Program-made: the position numbers and the translations under genes | DNA from: an uncultured Muribaculaceae bacterium | Lineage (GTDB): Bacteria; Pseudomonadota; Alphaproteobacteria; Rs-D84 | Reading direction: 5' to 3' | DNA length: 44,877 nt | Assembly: GCA_964368385.1 (NCBI GenBank) | Contig: CAYJAG010000002.1 | Coordinates: 1 to 44,877, forward strand | Shown: piece after piece, positions 1 to 8,464 of the stretch | How positions within the stretch are numbered: the first letter of the stretch is position 1 | Layout of the letters: every line of letters starts with the position of its first letter | The notes under the pieces: generated by a model | Database searches by the model: none | Seen by the model: only the letters and a program-made list of their open reading frames with translations | What the model was told of the DNA's origin: nothing

Positions 1-210
1 ATCGACGCCTGTGATTTGTAAATCAGGATTATGTTCCAGCAGACAAAGTGATACTCCACCTGTGCCGATTCCCACATCCAAAGCGGTTTTGATTTTCGCG
101 CGGCCCACGAATGCAGCCAGCCACACGGCATCACAAGTGATGTTGTAATTTCCGCGTTCCATCTGCACTCGCCCGTCCAGCGCGGTAAAAATAGCTTGTT
201 TTTGCTTCAT
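1..210 (-). CDS. SAM-dependent methyltransferase, N-terminal part (small-methyltransferase-domain / TrmN6(YfiC)-like). The gene runs off the window start.
   Basis: My own translation of the minus strand from ATG (complement of 208-210) gives MKQKQAIFTALDGRVQMERGNYNITCDAVWLAAFVGRAKIKTALDVGIGTGGVSLCLLEHNPDLQITGVD. DVGIGTGG is a class-I SAM-binding motif I. The reading frame stays open to position 1. Confidence 0.6.
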   Translation of the reverse strand, partial: MKQKQAIFTALDGRVQMERGNYNITCDAVWLAAFVGRAKIKTALDVGIGTGGVSLCLLEHNPDLQITGVD

Positions 211-253
211 ACATATTTATAATAGAGCATCGTATAAAAAAGGCAACTTTATA

Positions 254-1282
254 ATGTTTGATCCAACTTTGGTCGTTCAATCGGCAATAAGCAGCTTTAA
301 CAACATTGCTTTGCGCAGTCCAGATTTTTTTTGGAGCGCCCTGCTCTGTTTGCCTATTTTTATAGTTTTTTGGATTTTTGCACCGCAAATTTCGGCACGA
401 TTTTTGCCAGATTCTAAAAAGCGACTGAAGACTATTGCAACTTTTGGCATTGCTTTTATTGCCGCATGGTTGCTGACTCACGAAAGCTTTAATGCTTTGC
501 GCGACGGGGTTTCGCTGGGGATTTCCGCACTGACAGCCGTATGTGTTTTTGTGTTGGCTTTGTTCGCCGGATGGAAAATTCCACCAATCAGCAATTTTGT
601 AAAAATTAAAGAAAAATGGCGTAATAAGATTGACATTGTAATGCCAGTAATTATTGCCGCTTTGGTCGGATTGTGTGCTTGGGGAACATGGCAAACGATT
701 TTGGTTCAGTTTATTGCGGCATTATTTGGTTTTTATTCTGGCCGATTGATGGTTTGGCGCAATCGTCGTCAGATGGATTCGGTTTGGATGGTCATAGGAT
801 TAATTGCGATACTGACTTTTGGTTTGGTTATGCAGCCCGAGTTCTTCCGATTTGGCCAACTGGGACATCTTACTACTATTCATATTTTCTTTTTGACAGC
901 CGCGCTGGTTGCAAGCACAAGCAGCATAATGATGCGCCTGGTTCGTCCGACCGGCTGGCTGCGCAAGTCTTGGTATCGGCGATTGATGTGGTTGGCACGC
1001 AGTTTTTGTATCCTTGTTTTTATCTTGTTTGTCCTGACGGAAAGCGCGCTGGCATTTGCCGCGTTGGCAGCGGTCGCTATTGCCCAAGAATTCATAGCGA
1101 TTCGTCATCGGCCACAAACGGATGCGAATACGCTTAAAAATGCATCCGAAGACATGTGGATTTTATCATTGGGCCTGTTCGGACTTTTAACTGCGATGCC
1201 GGCAATGGTTTGCGCAGCTATAATTCTTGTCCGCAGCAAAACAAAATTTGATGCCAAAAGCGCAATTAAAACTTTGTTATAA
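254..1282 (+). CDS. Polytopic inner-membrane protein, no family recognised
   Basis: 342-aa ORF with roughly 8-9 hydrophobic segments (for example LLCLPIFIVFWIFAP, FGIAFIAAWLL, ILVFILFVLTESALAFAALAAVAIA). An AAGG lies about 11 nt upstream of the ATG. The antisense and out-of-frame ORFs in the track are shorter and look like shadows. Confidence 0.7.
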   Translation: MFDPTLVVQSAISSFNNIALRSPDFFWSALLCLPIFIVFWIFAPQISARFLPDSKKRLKTIATFGIAFIAAWLLTHESFNALRDGVSLGISALTAVCVFVLALFAGWKIPPISNFVKIKEKWRNKIDIVMPVIIAALVGLCAWGTWQTILVQFIAALFGFYSGRLMVWRNRRQMDSVWMVIGLIAILTFGLVMQPEFFRFGQLGHLTTIHIFFLTAALVASTSSIMMRLVRPTGWLRKSWYRRLMWLARSFCILVFILFVLTESALAFAALAAVAIAQEFIAIRHRPQTDANTLKNASEDMWILSLGLFGLLTAMPAMVCAAIILVRSKTKFDAKSAIKTLL

Positions 1283-1337
1283 TTGGTTATATTAATTGAA
1301 TACAGATTTTAATTAAGTCTAGTATAATCCTGCCATT

Positions 1338-2129
1338 ATGATTCATCCAACCGCAATAGTTCATCCGAATGCAAAATTGGGCGCCGATGTTAAAATTGGG
1401 CCTTTCTGTATAGTCGGCGAAAAAGTAATTCTGGGCGACCGGGTAGAGCTGGTTTCCAGTGTAGTTATTGATGGTAATACTGAAATTGGTGACGATACAA
1501 TCGTTTATCCTTTTGCTGTGTTGGGCATAATGAGTCAAGATCTTAAATTCCAAGATGCCGAAACAATGACCGGGCTCAGAATTGGAAAACGCAATCGTAT
1601 TCGTGAATATGTAACAATACACTCGGGCACACCTGCAAGTGATGGAACAGAAATTGGTGATGACTGCCAAATTATGGTGAATGCCCATATTGGACATGAT
1701 TGCAAACTGGGCAGTGGTATTGTTTTATCTAATTTGGTTCAAATTGCTGGACATGTTGAGATAGAGGACTTCGTTATTGTTTCTGCATGCAGCGCAATAC
1801 ATCAGTTTGTTCGTATCGGCCGTAATGCGTTTATTGGTGGAATGACAGGTATTGGCACAGACGTAGTTCCGTATTCTATATTCGAGGGCCGTCCAGGTGT
1901 GTATCGCACTATAAACAAGGTTGGTTTGATGCGGCACGGATTTACCACCGAAGACATTCACGCCATCCATTCTGTTTATGCAACATTTTTTGCGAAAGAT
2001 GATAATGGCTCGACATCGGCAGAAAGATTGAAAGCTGTTCGCAAGGAAGTAAAAAACAGCAAATACGCGATGGACGCGATTGATTTTATCGAAAACCGCT
2101 CACAGCGGGGCGTTTCGGCAAAGCAATGA
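1338..2129 (+). CDS. lpxA: Acyl-ACP--UDP-N-acetylglucosamine O-acyltransferase
   Basis: 263 aa. N-terminus MIHPTAIVHPNAKLGADVKIGPFCIVG is followed by successive hexapeptide ([LIV]-G-x4) turns typical of the LpxA left-handed beta-helix. ATGA overlap with lpxB. Confidence 0.93.
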   Translation: MIHPTAIVHPNAKLGADVKIGPFCIVGEKVILGDRVELVSSVVIDGNTEIGDDTIVYPFAVLGIMSQDLKFQDAETMTGLRIGKRNRIREYVTIHSGTPASDGTEIGDDCQIMVNAHIGHDCKLGSGIVLSNLVQIAGHVEIEDFVIVSACSAIHQFVRIGRNAFIGGMTGIGTDVVPYSIFEGRPGVYRTINKVGLMRHGFTTEDIHAIHSVYATFFAKDDNGSTSAERLKAVRKEVKNSKYAMDAIDFIENRSQRGVSAKQ

Positions 2130-3211
2130 AACCCTTAAAAATCTTTATCATAGCAGGCGAAGTTTCCGGTGATGTGCTGGGACAAAAAATCATGATGGCT
2201 TTGCCGCGTGATACTAAATTTGTCGGCATAGGCGGACAAAACATGCGCGATGCAGGTCTGAAACCTATTTTCCCTATTTCTGATTTGGCGGTTATGGGTT
2301 TATTCGAGGTTCTTGCACATGCAAAAACATTGACCCGCAGAATTAACGAAACAGCCGATGCGATAATAAAGTTCGGGCCTGATATAGTTCTGACCATTGA
2401 CAGCCCGGGCTTTGCTAAACGTGTTGTTAAAAAAGTTCGTGGGCGCATAAACACCAAATTTTATCATGTTGTTGCACCCCAGGTTTGGGCATGGGGCGAA
2501 AAACGGGCAAAAAAATTCGCAAAGATTTTTGACCGGCTTTATGCATTTTTTGATTTCGAAAAACCGTACTTTGAAAAATATGGTCTGCCGGTTGTAGCGG
2601 TTGGACATCCGATTGCAGATGGGTTAAAACCAGTAAAAGAAAAAGACGATAATCAGAAAAACATTGCGCTTGTTCCTGGTTCGCGTATGTCCGAGGTAAA
2701 AAAATTATTGCCAGTATTCAAGGAAGTCGCAGAAAAACTAAATGGTTATAAATTTTCCATCCCTGTTGTGGAAACCACAAAGAAATATATTGAACAAGAA
2801 ACAAAAAATTGGGCAGTGCGCCCTGCTTTGATTCCAGCGGCCAAGCGGTATGAATTGTTTGCGCGCTCGGACATTGCTGTAGCCGCCAGTGGCACGGTTT
2901 CCGCGGAATTGGCGATTATGCATATTCCTGCAATCATTGTTTATAAAATGAACCCAATGACCGAATTTCTGGCCAGCTTGCTATTAAAAATCAAATGGGC
3001 ATCGTTGGTAAATATATTGATGAATAAAACAATTTATCCAGAATTGCTGGGGCGCAAGGCAGCATCTGAAAATATAATCCGTGAAATTCATAAATTGGAA
3101 AATCCAGCCGTGCGCCAAGAAATGATTTCCCAGTTAAGCAAAGCAGATAAAATGTGGCATCGTACCCGCCCTGCTGCCGAACTGATCGCCAAAGATATAA
3201 TTGGAAAATAA
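2126..3211 (+). CDS. lpxB: Lipid-A-disaccharide synthase
   Basis: 361 aa. MKPLKIFIIAGEVSGDVLG N-terminus, DSPGF and VAPQVWAWG motifs characteristic of GT19 LpxB. Translationally coupled to lpxA. Confidence 0.93.
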   Translation: MKPLKIFIIAGEVSGDVLGQKIMMALPRDTKFVGIGGQNMRDAGLKPIFPISDLAVMGLFEVLAHAKTLTRRINETADAIIKFGPDIVLTIDSPGFAKRVVKKVRGRINTKFYHVVAPQVWAWGEKRAKKFAKIFDRLYAFFDFEKPYFEKYGLPVVAVGHPIADGLKPVKEKDDNQKNIALVPGSRMSEVKKLLPVFKEVAEKLNGYKFSIPVVETTKKYIEQETKNWAVRPALIPAAKRYELFARSDIAVAASGTVSAELAIMHIPAIIVYKMNPMTEFLASLLLKIKWASLVNILMNKTIYPELLGRKAASENIIREIHKLENPAVRQEMISQLSKADKMWHRTRPAAELIAKDIIGK

Positions 3212-3238
3212 AAAAATCGCGCCGATGGCGCGATTTTT
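3212..3238. terminator. Bidirectional intrinsic terminator between convergent lpxB and the 3249-5051 gene
   Basis: AAAAA-ATCGCGCC-GAT-GGCGCGAT-TTTTT. An 8-bp GC-rich stem is flanked by an A-run and a T-run, directly after the lpxB stop. Confidence 0.6.
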
Positions 3239-3248
3239 ATTCAGTTTA

Positions 3249-5051
3249 TTACTTCAATGGAGGATAGCATTCGCCGTCCGCTGGTGAACAGCATCCATAA
3301 CCATTATAGCTTTCAATCCATTTCAGATTTTCACCCGCACAACATCCGTCTTCGTCTGGTGCCGTTCCGCTGGTGCAAGAAGTTGCAGCAGACTTTACCA
3401 TAGTGTCGCTGGGGGTGGCGATGGTTGCCACATTATTTACCGGGGTTGGGGCCTGATAACTGGGCGCGGCCGCTTCGGGTTCAATCGCTGGTACGGGTTC
3501 AGATTCTTGAAAAACTGGTGTTGGGGTTGGCGCTGGTTCCGCGACAACAGGCGCGGGTGCGGGTTCTTCATAAACAGGCATCGGGGTCGGTTCTGGCGCT
3601 GGTTGTTCCGCGAAAACTGGCGCAGCCGGTTCTGCAACCATTTCTGGCATCGGCCCAGGTTGTGGCTGTGGCGCGGCAACAGGTTCGGAAACTATGAACG
3701 CGGATTCTTCTGCGACTGGTGATGGTGCCGGTTGTTCCTCGGATGCTGTTGGTGCGGTCAAATTTGGTGCAGATGAATTATCCATTTTTGACTGATAAAT
3801 CCACAATGTTAAAACGGAAAGCCCAATCAAAAATATCAACATAACATAATAAATCATTGTCGGTTTTTTTGTGCCGGCCACCGGTTGCGCAACCGCGATA
3901 GTCTGTCCAGTTACGGGCGAATAAGGTCGGTCTATTTCAGCGGTCGGCCCAGGTTTAATTTGTTGGGGAATTACAGGTGAAGCTTCCTTTGCAGGGATTG
4001 ATGATTCCAAAGGCATTGTTGCATTCACAACTGGGGTTACAACAATCGGCTCCATTGGCACTGGGGGTCGCAAAACGGCATTATCCTTGGGTTCCGTCAC
4101 AGGTTTGTTTTCTACAGCCTGTGGGTTAACATCGGGTGTAAATTCCGGTGGAACAAACGATGGAGTTTCAAAGCCGATCGGCTGGAATGCAATTTTGTCA
4201 TCCAGTATTTCAGGGTCTTTATTAAATAAAGGCTTTGGTTCTTCAGCCATTTCCGGTTCCTTTGGTTTTTTTTCTTGTTTGGGTGCGTCCGCTTTCAGTG
4301 CTTTGCGTGCAGCGTCCGTATCCTTTTGAGCATCTTCCAATCGTTTTTTTGCCCGCCGCAATCGTGCCTTGGCGCGTTTTTCTTTTTCTATTGCAGTGTC
4401 AGTCTGGGCCTGTATCTTTAGAATTTTTGCCGCAGATTCTTTCGTAGGTTTTTTTCCAATTTCACTGCGCGTTTTACCCAGCTTTGTTTTTAATAACTTT
4501 ATCTGCGAGTGCAAATTCGCGATTGCATCTTCTGTTTTTTCAATCGTCGCAGTTGCTGTTTCAATTTCGCGTATTGCGGCATCTAATCGCGCTTGGGCCA
4601 TTCGATGCCCTACCTCTGCACGAAAGCCTGTCAACGCATTCAATGCGCCATTTATATTGTTTCCTGTTTTATAGTCGGCAATCAGCTGTCCGTAAATCGG
4701 CAATCCTTGATAATCAATGTCCAGCTTTTGGTATTTATTGTTTTTCTTTGGGCGGATTTCTTCCAAATCCATTTTATAATCATTGGCCAAAACATCATCC
4801 CACTTGCGCCCTTGCCTGTCCGCCATAACCAGCAAAGAATTCGGAGTGTTTTCAGTCCGTGTTTCATCCAATATGAAAACCAGTCTGTGCGCCGCGTCGT
4901 AAAAAGCCGCAAACCTGTTGCCATTAATGTCAAAGCGCTCGGGAACAAGTTTTCCCGCCGTTTCGGATGCATTAAAAGAAAACACAGGCACGCTGGAATC
5001 CGGCGCGGTTGCAATTTTTGTTTTGGAAAAAGTCTCTCTCTCTTTTGCCAT
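3249..5051 (-). CDS. Bitopic envelope protein: N-terminal domain, coiled coil, Pro-rich linker, single TM, Pro-rich periplasmic stalk, Cys-rich C-terminal knob. No family recognised.
   Basis: ORF 3249-5111. I prefer the internal ATG at 5051 (MAKERETF...) because it lies 5 nt after the gcrA stop, whereas 5111 would overlap gcrA by 55 nt. TM is MIYYVMLIFLIGLSVLTLWIY. (E/A)P-rich repeats follow. The last 42 aa contain 6 Cys including two CC pairs. Confidence 0.72.
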   Translation of the reverse strand: MAKERETFSKTKIATAPDSSVPVFSFNASETAGKLVPERFDINGNRFAAFYDAAHRLVFILDETRTENTPNSLLVMADRQGRKWDDVLANDYKMDLEEIRPKKNNKYQKLDIDYQGLPIYGQLIADYKTGNNINGALNALTGFRAEVGHRMAQARLDAAIREIETATATIEKTEDAIANLHSQIKLLKTKLGKTRSEIGKKPTKESAAKILKIQAQTDTAIEKEKRAKARLRRAKKRLEDAQKDTDAARKALKADAPKQEKKPKEPEMAEEPKPLFNKDPEILDDKIAFQPIGFETPSFVPPEFTPDVNPQAVENKPVTEPKDNAVLRPPVPMEPIVVTPVVNATMPLESSIPAKEASPVIPQQIKPGPTAEIDRPYSPVTGQTIAVAQPVAGTKKPTMIYYVMLIFLIGLSVLTLWIYQSKMDNSSAPNLTAPTASEEQPAPSPVAEESAFIVSEPVAAPQPQPGPMPEMVAEPAAPVFAEQPAPEPTPMPVYEEPAPAPVVAEPAPTPTPVFQESEPVPAIEPEAAAPSYQAPTPVNNVATIATPSDTMVKSAATSCTSGTAPDEDGCCAGENLKWIESYNGYGCCSPADGECYPPLK

Positions 5052-5056
5052 AGCTT

Positions 5057-5587
5057 TTATTGTTTTTTTGGAGGCGGCATTTGATATGCTGCGCGACAAT
5101 GCTCGTAACAATAAGGTTTTCCTGGAAACACCTTTTCTCCACAGAAATGAAAGTTTTCCGAATCGGGATTACCGATGGGCCAGCGACATTGATCGGGACG
5201 CAGCATAGCCAGTTCAACTGCATGTTGAATCATGTGCTGATGCGCAACCAGATTTTTTTTACCGCTTTTTTCGGGTTTTTCTGCCGGCTTGGCCGCAGGC
5301 TTTGGTGCTGGCGCGATTTTCTTTTCCTTTACAATCTGCGCAGGAGTCTTTTTTTCCGGAGTTTTTTTCGGATTTTTTACCTTGATAACAATTTCTTTCT
5401 TTGCAGGCGCTTTTTTTGTCGCACTGGCCGTAGATTTGCTGTTCCAGCCCAGCCGATTCAGCTTTCCAACGACAGCATTTTTTGACATGCCAATTTTTTT
5501 ACCAATTTCGGCAGTGCTCATACCTTTTTCCAACAAGGCTTTCATTTTATTCAAAGTTGCGGGTGTCCAGCCTAATTGCGATGTCAT
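5057..5587 (-). CDS. gcrA: Cell-cycle transcriptional regulator GcrA
   Basis: Internal ATG at 5587 gives MTSQLGWTPATLNKMKALLEKGMSTAEIGKKIGMSKNAVVGKLNRLGW, the GcrA N-terminal DNA-binding motif. A K/P/A-rich linker follows. The C-terminus CRWPIGNPDSENFHFCGEKVFPGKPYCYEHCRAAYQ is the conserved GcrA C-terminal motif. The upstream 49 codons of the ORF look non-coding. Confidence 0.9.
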   Translation of the reverse strand: MTSQLGWTPATLNKMKALLEKGMSTAEIGKKIGMSKNAVVGKLNRLGWNSKSTASATKKAPAKKEIVIKVKNPKKTPEKKTPAQIVKEKKIAPAPKPAAKPAEKPEKSGKKNLVAHQHMIQHAVELAMLRPDQCRWPIGNPDSENFHFCGEKVFPGKPYCYEHCRAAYQMPPPKKQ

Positions 5588-5654
5588 ATTATTATTCTCT
5601 TTTATTATTCCTTGAATTGTAGCATAATTGAAAAAAGAAAAACAAGGGGAAAAA

Positions 5655-6098
5655 ATGACACTGATTTTCGTAATTTTGCTGGTGGCAGCAGCATTCTGTG
5701 CATTGATGATGTCCTTGATTGACAGGAAACGCAATATAATTCCGGACGTTTATCTGTTCCCTTTTTTGATAATCGGCCTGTTGGTCGTATCTTTTTTTCC
5801 TTGGTTTTTTGAGTTCGGCGAAGCCGCAATTGCTGCTGCGGTCGGGTATGGTCTGGGGGTTGTTATGGGTCTTGCGTTCAAGAAAAAATCCCCCGAAGCT
5901 ATTGGTTTTGGGGATGTAAAGTTATTGGCTGCAGGCGGCATATGGCTGGGGGTTTCGGGATTGGCGATTGCTTTGATTGTATCATGCGTTTTGGGTGGAG
6001 TTTGGGGATTGGTAAAAAAGCAAAAATTTATTCCCTTTGCCCCATTCTTTTTTATCGGCGCAATTTGTTCTTTGACCGCCCTGCTCTTTCTGATATAA
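5655..6098 (+). CDS. A24-family prepilin peptidase-like membrane protein (CpaA/TadV-like, peptidase domain only)
   Basis: ATG at 5655 is preceded by AAGGGGA. The track start at 5628 is a TTG. About 147 aa and polytopic. IPDVYLFPF, GFGDVKLLAAGGIWLG and PFAPFFFIGA match the two Asp-containing motifs of A24 peptidases. There is no N-terminal methyltransferase domain. Confidence 0.78.
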   Translation: MTLIFVILLVAAAFCALMMSLIDRKRNIIPDVYLFPFLIIGLLVVSFFPWFFEFGEAAIAAAVGYGLGVVMGLAFKKKSPEAIGFGDVKLLAAGGIWLGVSGLAIALIVSCVLGGVWGLVKKQKFIPFAPFFFIGAICSLTALLFLI

Positions 6099-6099
6099 T
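6072..6099 (+). promoter_or_regulatory. Sigma70-type promoter (TTGACC-16 nt-TGaTATAAT) for the 6113 gene
   Basis: TTGACC at 6072-6077 and extended -10 TGATATAAT at 6091-6099. It sits inside the 3' end of the peptidase gene, with 13 nt between the -10 and the ATG. Confidence 0.45.
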
Positions 6100-6112
6100 C
6101 TTGGCTGAGAGA

Positions 6113-7225
6113 ATGAAAAAGACATCTGTATTTTTATTGGTCTCTGGTTTTTGGTCTTTGGCTTCTGCGCCTGCGGCGCAGGCCGTTGATTTTCCGCTTT
6201 CCAAGTATGGCCAAATTCAGAATGTGCAAAGCTATTCTTCCAATCCTTTTTATAATCCAGACAGCCCCTATAACCAGCGATTGCCCACACCGATTTATGC
6301 CCGGGGAACCGAGCTGAACGCCGGTGAATGTCGCGAGGTGGCGGATTCTTTGGTTGCCCAACAATGCGCCCAACGAAATAATTGTTTGGGTTTAAGTTAT
6401 TCCGATGTGCGGCCCGCAGTTGTTATCGAGATGTCAAATTTAACGGGTCATAATTATCTGACAGCGTGTGTTGGCTATATTCAGCCTGCATTTGAAGATT
6501 ATATGAAATCTGCAAATGTGGTCAGTATAAATGGTTTTCCATCCGCATTTCCAATGGCGGGCCAGACAACTGAAAATTCCGGCAGCAGTTTGGTGCTGAA
6601 CAATCCTTTTGAGCGCAAAGATCCAAAATGGTCGGATGACCGCGATGAACGCAAAAAAGAAATGAGTGATTTGCAGCGTCAAAACGGATCTGAAGATATA
6701 AAGCTGTCAGCAGAAACATTTCCAACAACTTATGCAGATTTGTCTTTTGCGCAGCGCATGGAAAATGACAAGGCTGGATATGAACCATGGAAAGACGCAT
6801 CTGGATACAAACCGATAAAAATAGAAACGGACGAAACGCGTTATACCCGTGATATTGGTGTGGCAACGCAACAGGCCACGCTTGCAACGAAGCAAAAAGA
6901 ACTGCTGGAGATCACAGACCCATGCGGTTGGTGCAAACAGTATTCAACGGAATGCTTTACAAAATTTAATGGGAAACTGGCTGATTTGAATAAGGGTAAG
7001 AAAGAAAACGCCTGCGCGGCAAAGTCTTATGGAACGGATACTGAATATAAAGAGTGGGCGGTTATTTCGGATACTGCGTGTGGGTGGGTTTTAAAAGAAG
7101 ACGCCAATACAATAACTTTGGATGATAGTGCCTGTGGTAAATCAGACCCAAATCAAAATACAACAATCCCAAGTGGAAGTACAACAGAACCAAGTGAAGA
7201 TGTTATAGAGATTAATCTGGGATAA
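6113..7225 (+). CDS. Secreted Cys-rich protein, no family recognised
   Basis: Internal ATG at 6113 (GAGAGA immediately upstream) gives MKKTSVFLLVSGFWSLASAPAAQA|VDF, a classical Sec signal with an AxA site. About 370 aa with many Cys (GECREV..QQCAQRNNC, DPCGWCKQYSTEC, DTACGW, DSACGK). The track start at 5942 lies inside the peptidase gene. Confidence 0.75.
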   Translation: MKKTSVFLLVSGFWSLASAPAAQAVDFPLSKYGQIQNVQSYSSNPFYNPDSPYNQRLPTPIYARGTELNAGECREVADSLVAQQCAQRNNCLGLSYSDVRPAVVIEMSNLTGHNYLTACVGYIQPAFEDYMKSANVVSINGFPSAFPMAGQTTENSGSSLVLNNPFERKDPKWSDDRDERKKEMSDLQRQNGSEDIKLSAETFPTTYADLSFAQRMENDKAGYEPWKDASGYKPIKIETDETRYTRDIGVATQQATLATKQKELLEITDPCGWCKQYSTECFTKFNGKLADLNKGKKENACAAKSYGTDTEYKEWAVISDTACGWVLKEDANTITLDDSACGKSDPNQNTTIPSGSTTEPSEDVIEINLG

Positions 7226-7229
7226 TATA

Positions 7230-8336
7230 ATGTTAATAAAATATTTAAGATTTTTTATAGTATCTATTTCTTTATTTGGCATATATGTCGGGGATGGTTA
7301 TGGGGTTGATGCCCAAAATAATGTAACTGGTGCTTTTGAAGAATGTATCAACAGAATACTCAGTAAAGATGATAACAAAAATGGTAAGCCGGATTTTGCT
7401 GAAGAGCTGGATAAAACACTTGGAAATCCAAAAGACATACAGAGTTTTGAATCTGCTGCTAATGCAAAATCCAAAGTAATAGCAGTAGCAATTACTGGGG
7501 CGGCATTTCATAAAGATGGTGGTGTTTGTAATGACCTGATAATGAAAATAGCAAATGAGCCTAAGGAAGAATTTAATATTGAATTAATTAAATTTAATAA
7601 AAAAGTAAGATTTAAAATTAGTAAGAAAAAATTGCTGGAACAATACCAGGTTGCTCTTGGCATACTTGTTACAAAAAATTCGGATTGGCAATACCCGAAA
7701 ATAATAAATCGGGACTATATTAAAGAAAAAACATGGTCTAACGATTGTTCGGACTATTTGTCTGCAAATCCATTTGATTCTGTTTATGATAGTGATCCGG
7801 TAAATATATCAATGCAAAAAATTAAAAGTTATGATAACGAGTATTTTCTTGACGAGCCCGAGCATATGCACGCTTTCCCAGGATTGGTAATAGAAGATGT
7901 TACACATCAGGATTTGGCGAATTTGGTTATTATTAATGATATTCCAGCCGGTCAAGAATTAATAAGCAAGTTTGCAACAAATGTATCAAGTTTAGGTAAA
8001 TGCAAGGGCAATTATGCATATCTTGTATCTTACGTTGTTCCTGAAAAAATTAATACAGGCACTGGAGCAGGACAAGCATATGCGGTTAATTTTGCTGTAG
8101 CTGGTATAGCAACAGCTACCATTGCATATGCTGGTGCTGCTTATGCGGCTACAGGCACTTTAGCAGGTATATTTACCGCAGCAGGCGCATCTGCGACAGT
8201 TCCTGTAGCTGGTTGGATAGTTGCAGGAGCATTAGTGGTGGTTGGTGGGGTTGTAGCATTTGTCTCTTCTACAACTACAGAAACTCTGGCGGATTTGCCA
8301 CAAATGATGGTTATAGATGGCCCATATCCGCTATGA
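7230..8336 (+). CDS. Exported/membrane protein with a roughly 70-aa C-terminal Gly/Ala-zipper hydrophobic region. No family recognised.
   Basis: 368 aa. Hydrophobic N-terminus LRFFIVSISLFGIYVGDGYG. Visibly AT-rich body. C-terminus is GTGAGQAYAVNFAVAGIATATIAYAGAAYAATGTLAGIFTAAGASATVPVAGWIVAGALVVVGGVVAFV. Starts 4 nt after the previous stop. Confidence 0.75.
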   Translation: MLIKYLRFFIVSISLFGIYVGDGYGVDAQNNVTGAFEECINRILSKDDNKNGKPDFAEELDKTLGNPKDIQSFESAANAKSKVIAVAITGAAFHKDGGVCNDLIMKIANEPKEEFNIELIKFNKKVRFKISKKKLLEQYQVALGILVTKNSDWQYPKIINRDYIKEKTWSNDCSDYLSANPFDSVYDSDPVNISMQKIKSYDNEYFLDEPEHMHAFPGLVIEDVTHQDLANLVIINDIPAGQELISKFATNVSSLGKCKGNYAYLVSYVVPEKINTGTGAGQAYAVNFAVAGIATATIAYAGAAYAATGTLAGIFTAAGASATVPVAGWIVAGALVVVGGVVAFVSSTTTETLADLPQMMVIDGPYPL

Positions 8337-8348
8337 AAAATCAAAATT

Positions 8349-8376
8349 AAAACCGCCCATTTGGGCGGTTTATTTT
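8349..8376. terminator. Bidirectional intrinsic terminator (7230-8336 gene on the plus strand, tRNA-Gly on the minus strand)
   Basis: AACCGCCC-ATTT-GGGCGGTT followed by TATTTTT, with an A-rich run on the other side. Confidence 0.6.
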
Positions 8377-8450
8377 TGGTGCGGGCGGCGGGAATCGAAC
8401 CCGCGTCTCGAGCTTGGAAGGCTTGCATTCTACCATTGGACTACGCCCGC
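8377..8450 (-). tRNA. tRNA-Gly (anticodon UCC)
   Basis: Reverse complement is GCGGGCGTAGTCCAATGGTAGAATGCAAGCCTTCCAAGCTCGAGACGCGGGTTCGATTCCCGCCGCCCGCACCA. It forms a cloverleaf with anticodon loop CTTCCAA, a GTTCGATTC T-loop and an encoded CCA. There is one A:C mismatch in the anticodon stem. Confidence 0.9.
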
Positions 8451-8464
8451 TATAGCAATTTTTG

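Noticed and set aside
3425-3700. Repetitive-looking DNA with recurring GGTTC/GGCGC units, considered as a possible repeat array or CRISPR.
   Set aside because: The units are irregular in length and there are no spacers. The region is the coding sequence for the (E/A)P-rich periplasmic stalk of the 3249-5051 protein, so it is low-complexity coding rather than a repeat element.
4593-5084. Long antisense or alternative-frame ORFs inside strong genes: 131-694 (-), 4593-5084 (+), 17562-18098 (-), 23035-23529 (-), 23376-23801 (-) and 43068-43526 (-).
   Set aside because: Each lies opposite or out of frame to a gene with clear family motifs. Their products are low-complexity or Cys/Arg/Phe-rich with no start-site signals. 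They are typical shadow ORFs.
5942-6112. N-terminal extensions suggested by the track for several genes: 5942 for the 6113 gene, 21736 for the LysM gene, 27866 for rpsP, 42259 for rpoD, 10900 for the 10984 gene, 31028 for tsaD and 36546 for recN.
   Set aside because: The extensions overlap neighbouring genes or promoters and lack homology-like sequence. Internal ATGs give canonical N-termini or signal peptides, often with an SD or a -10 box correctly placed.
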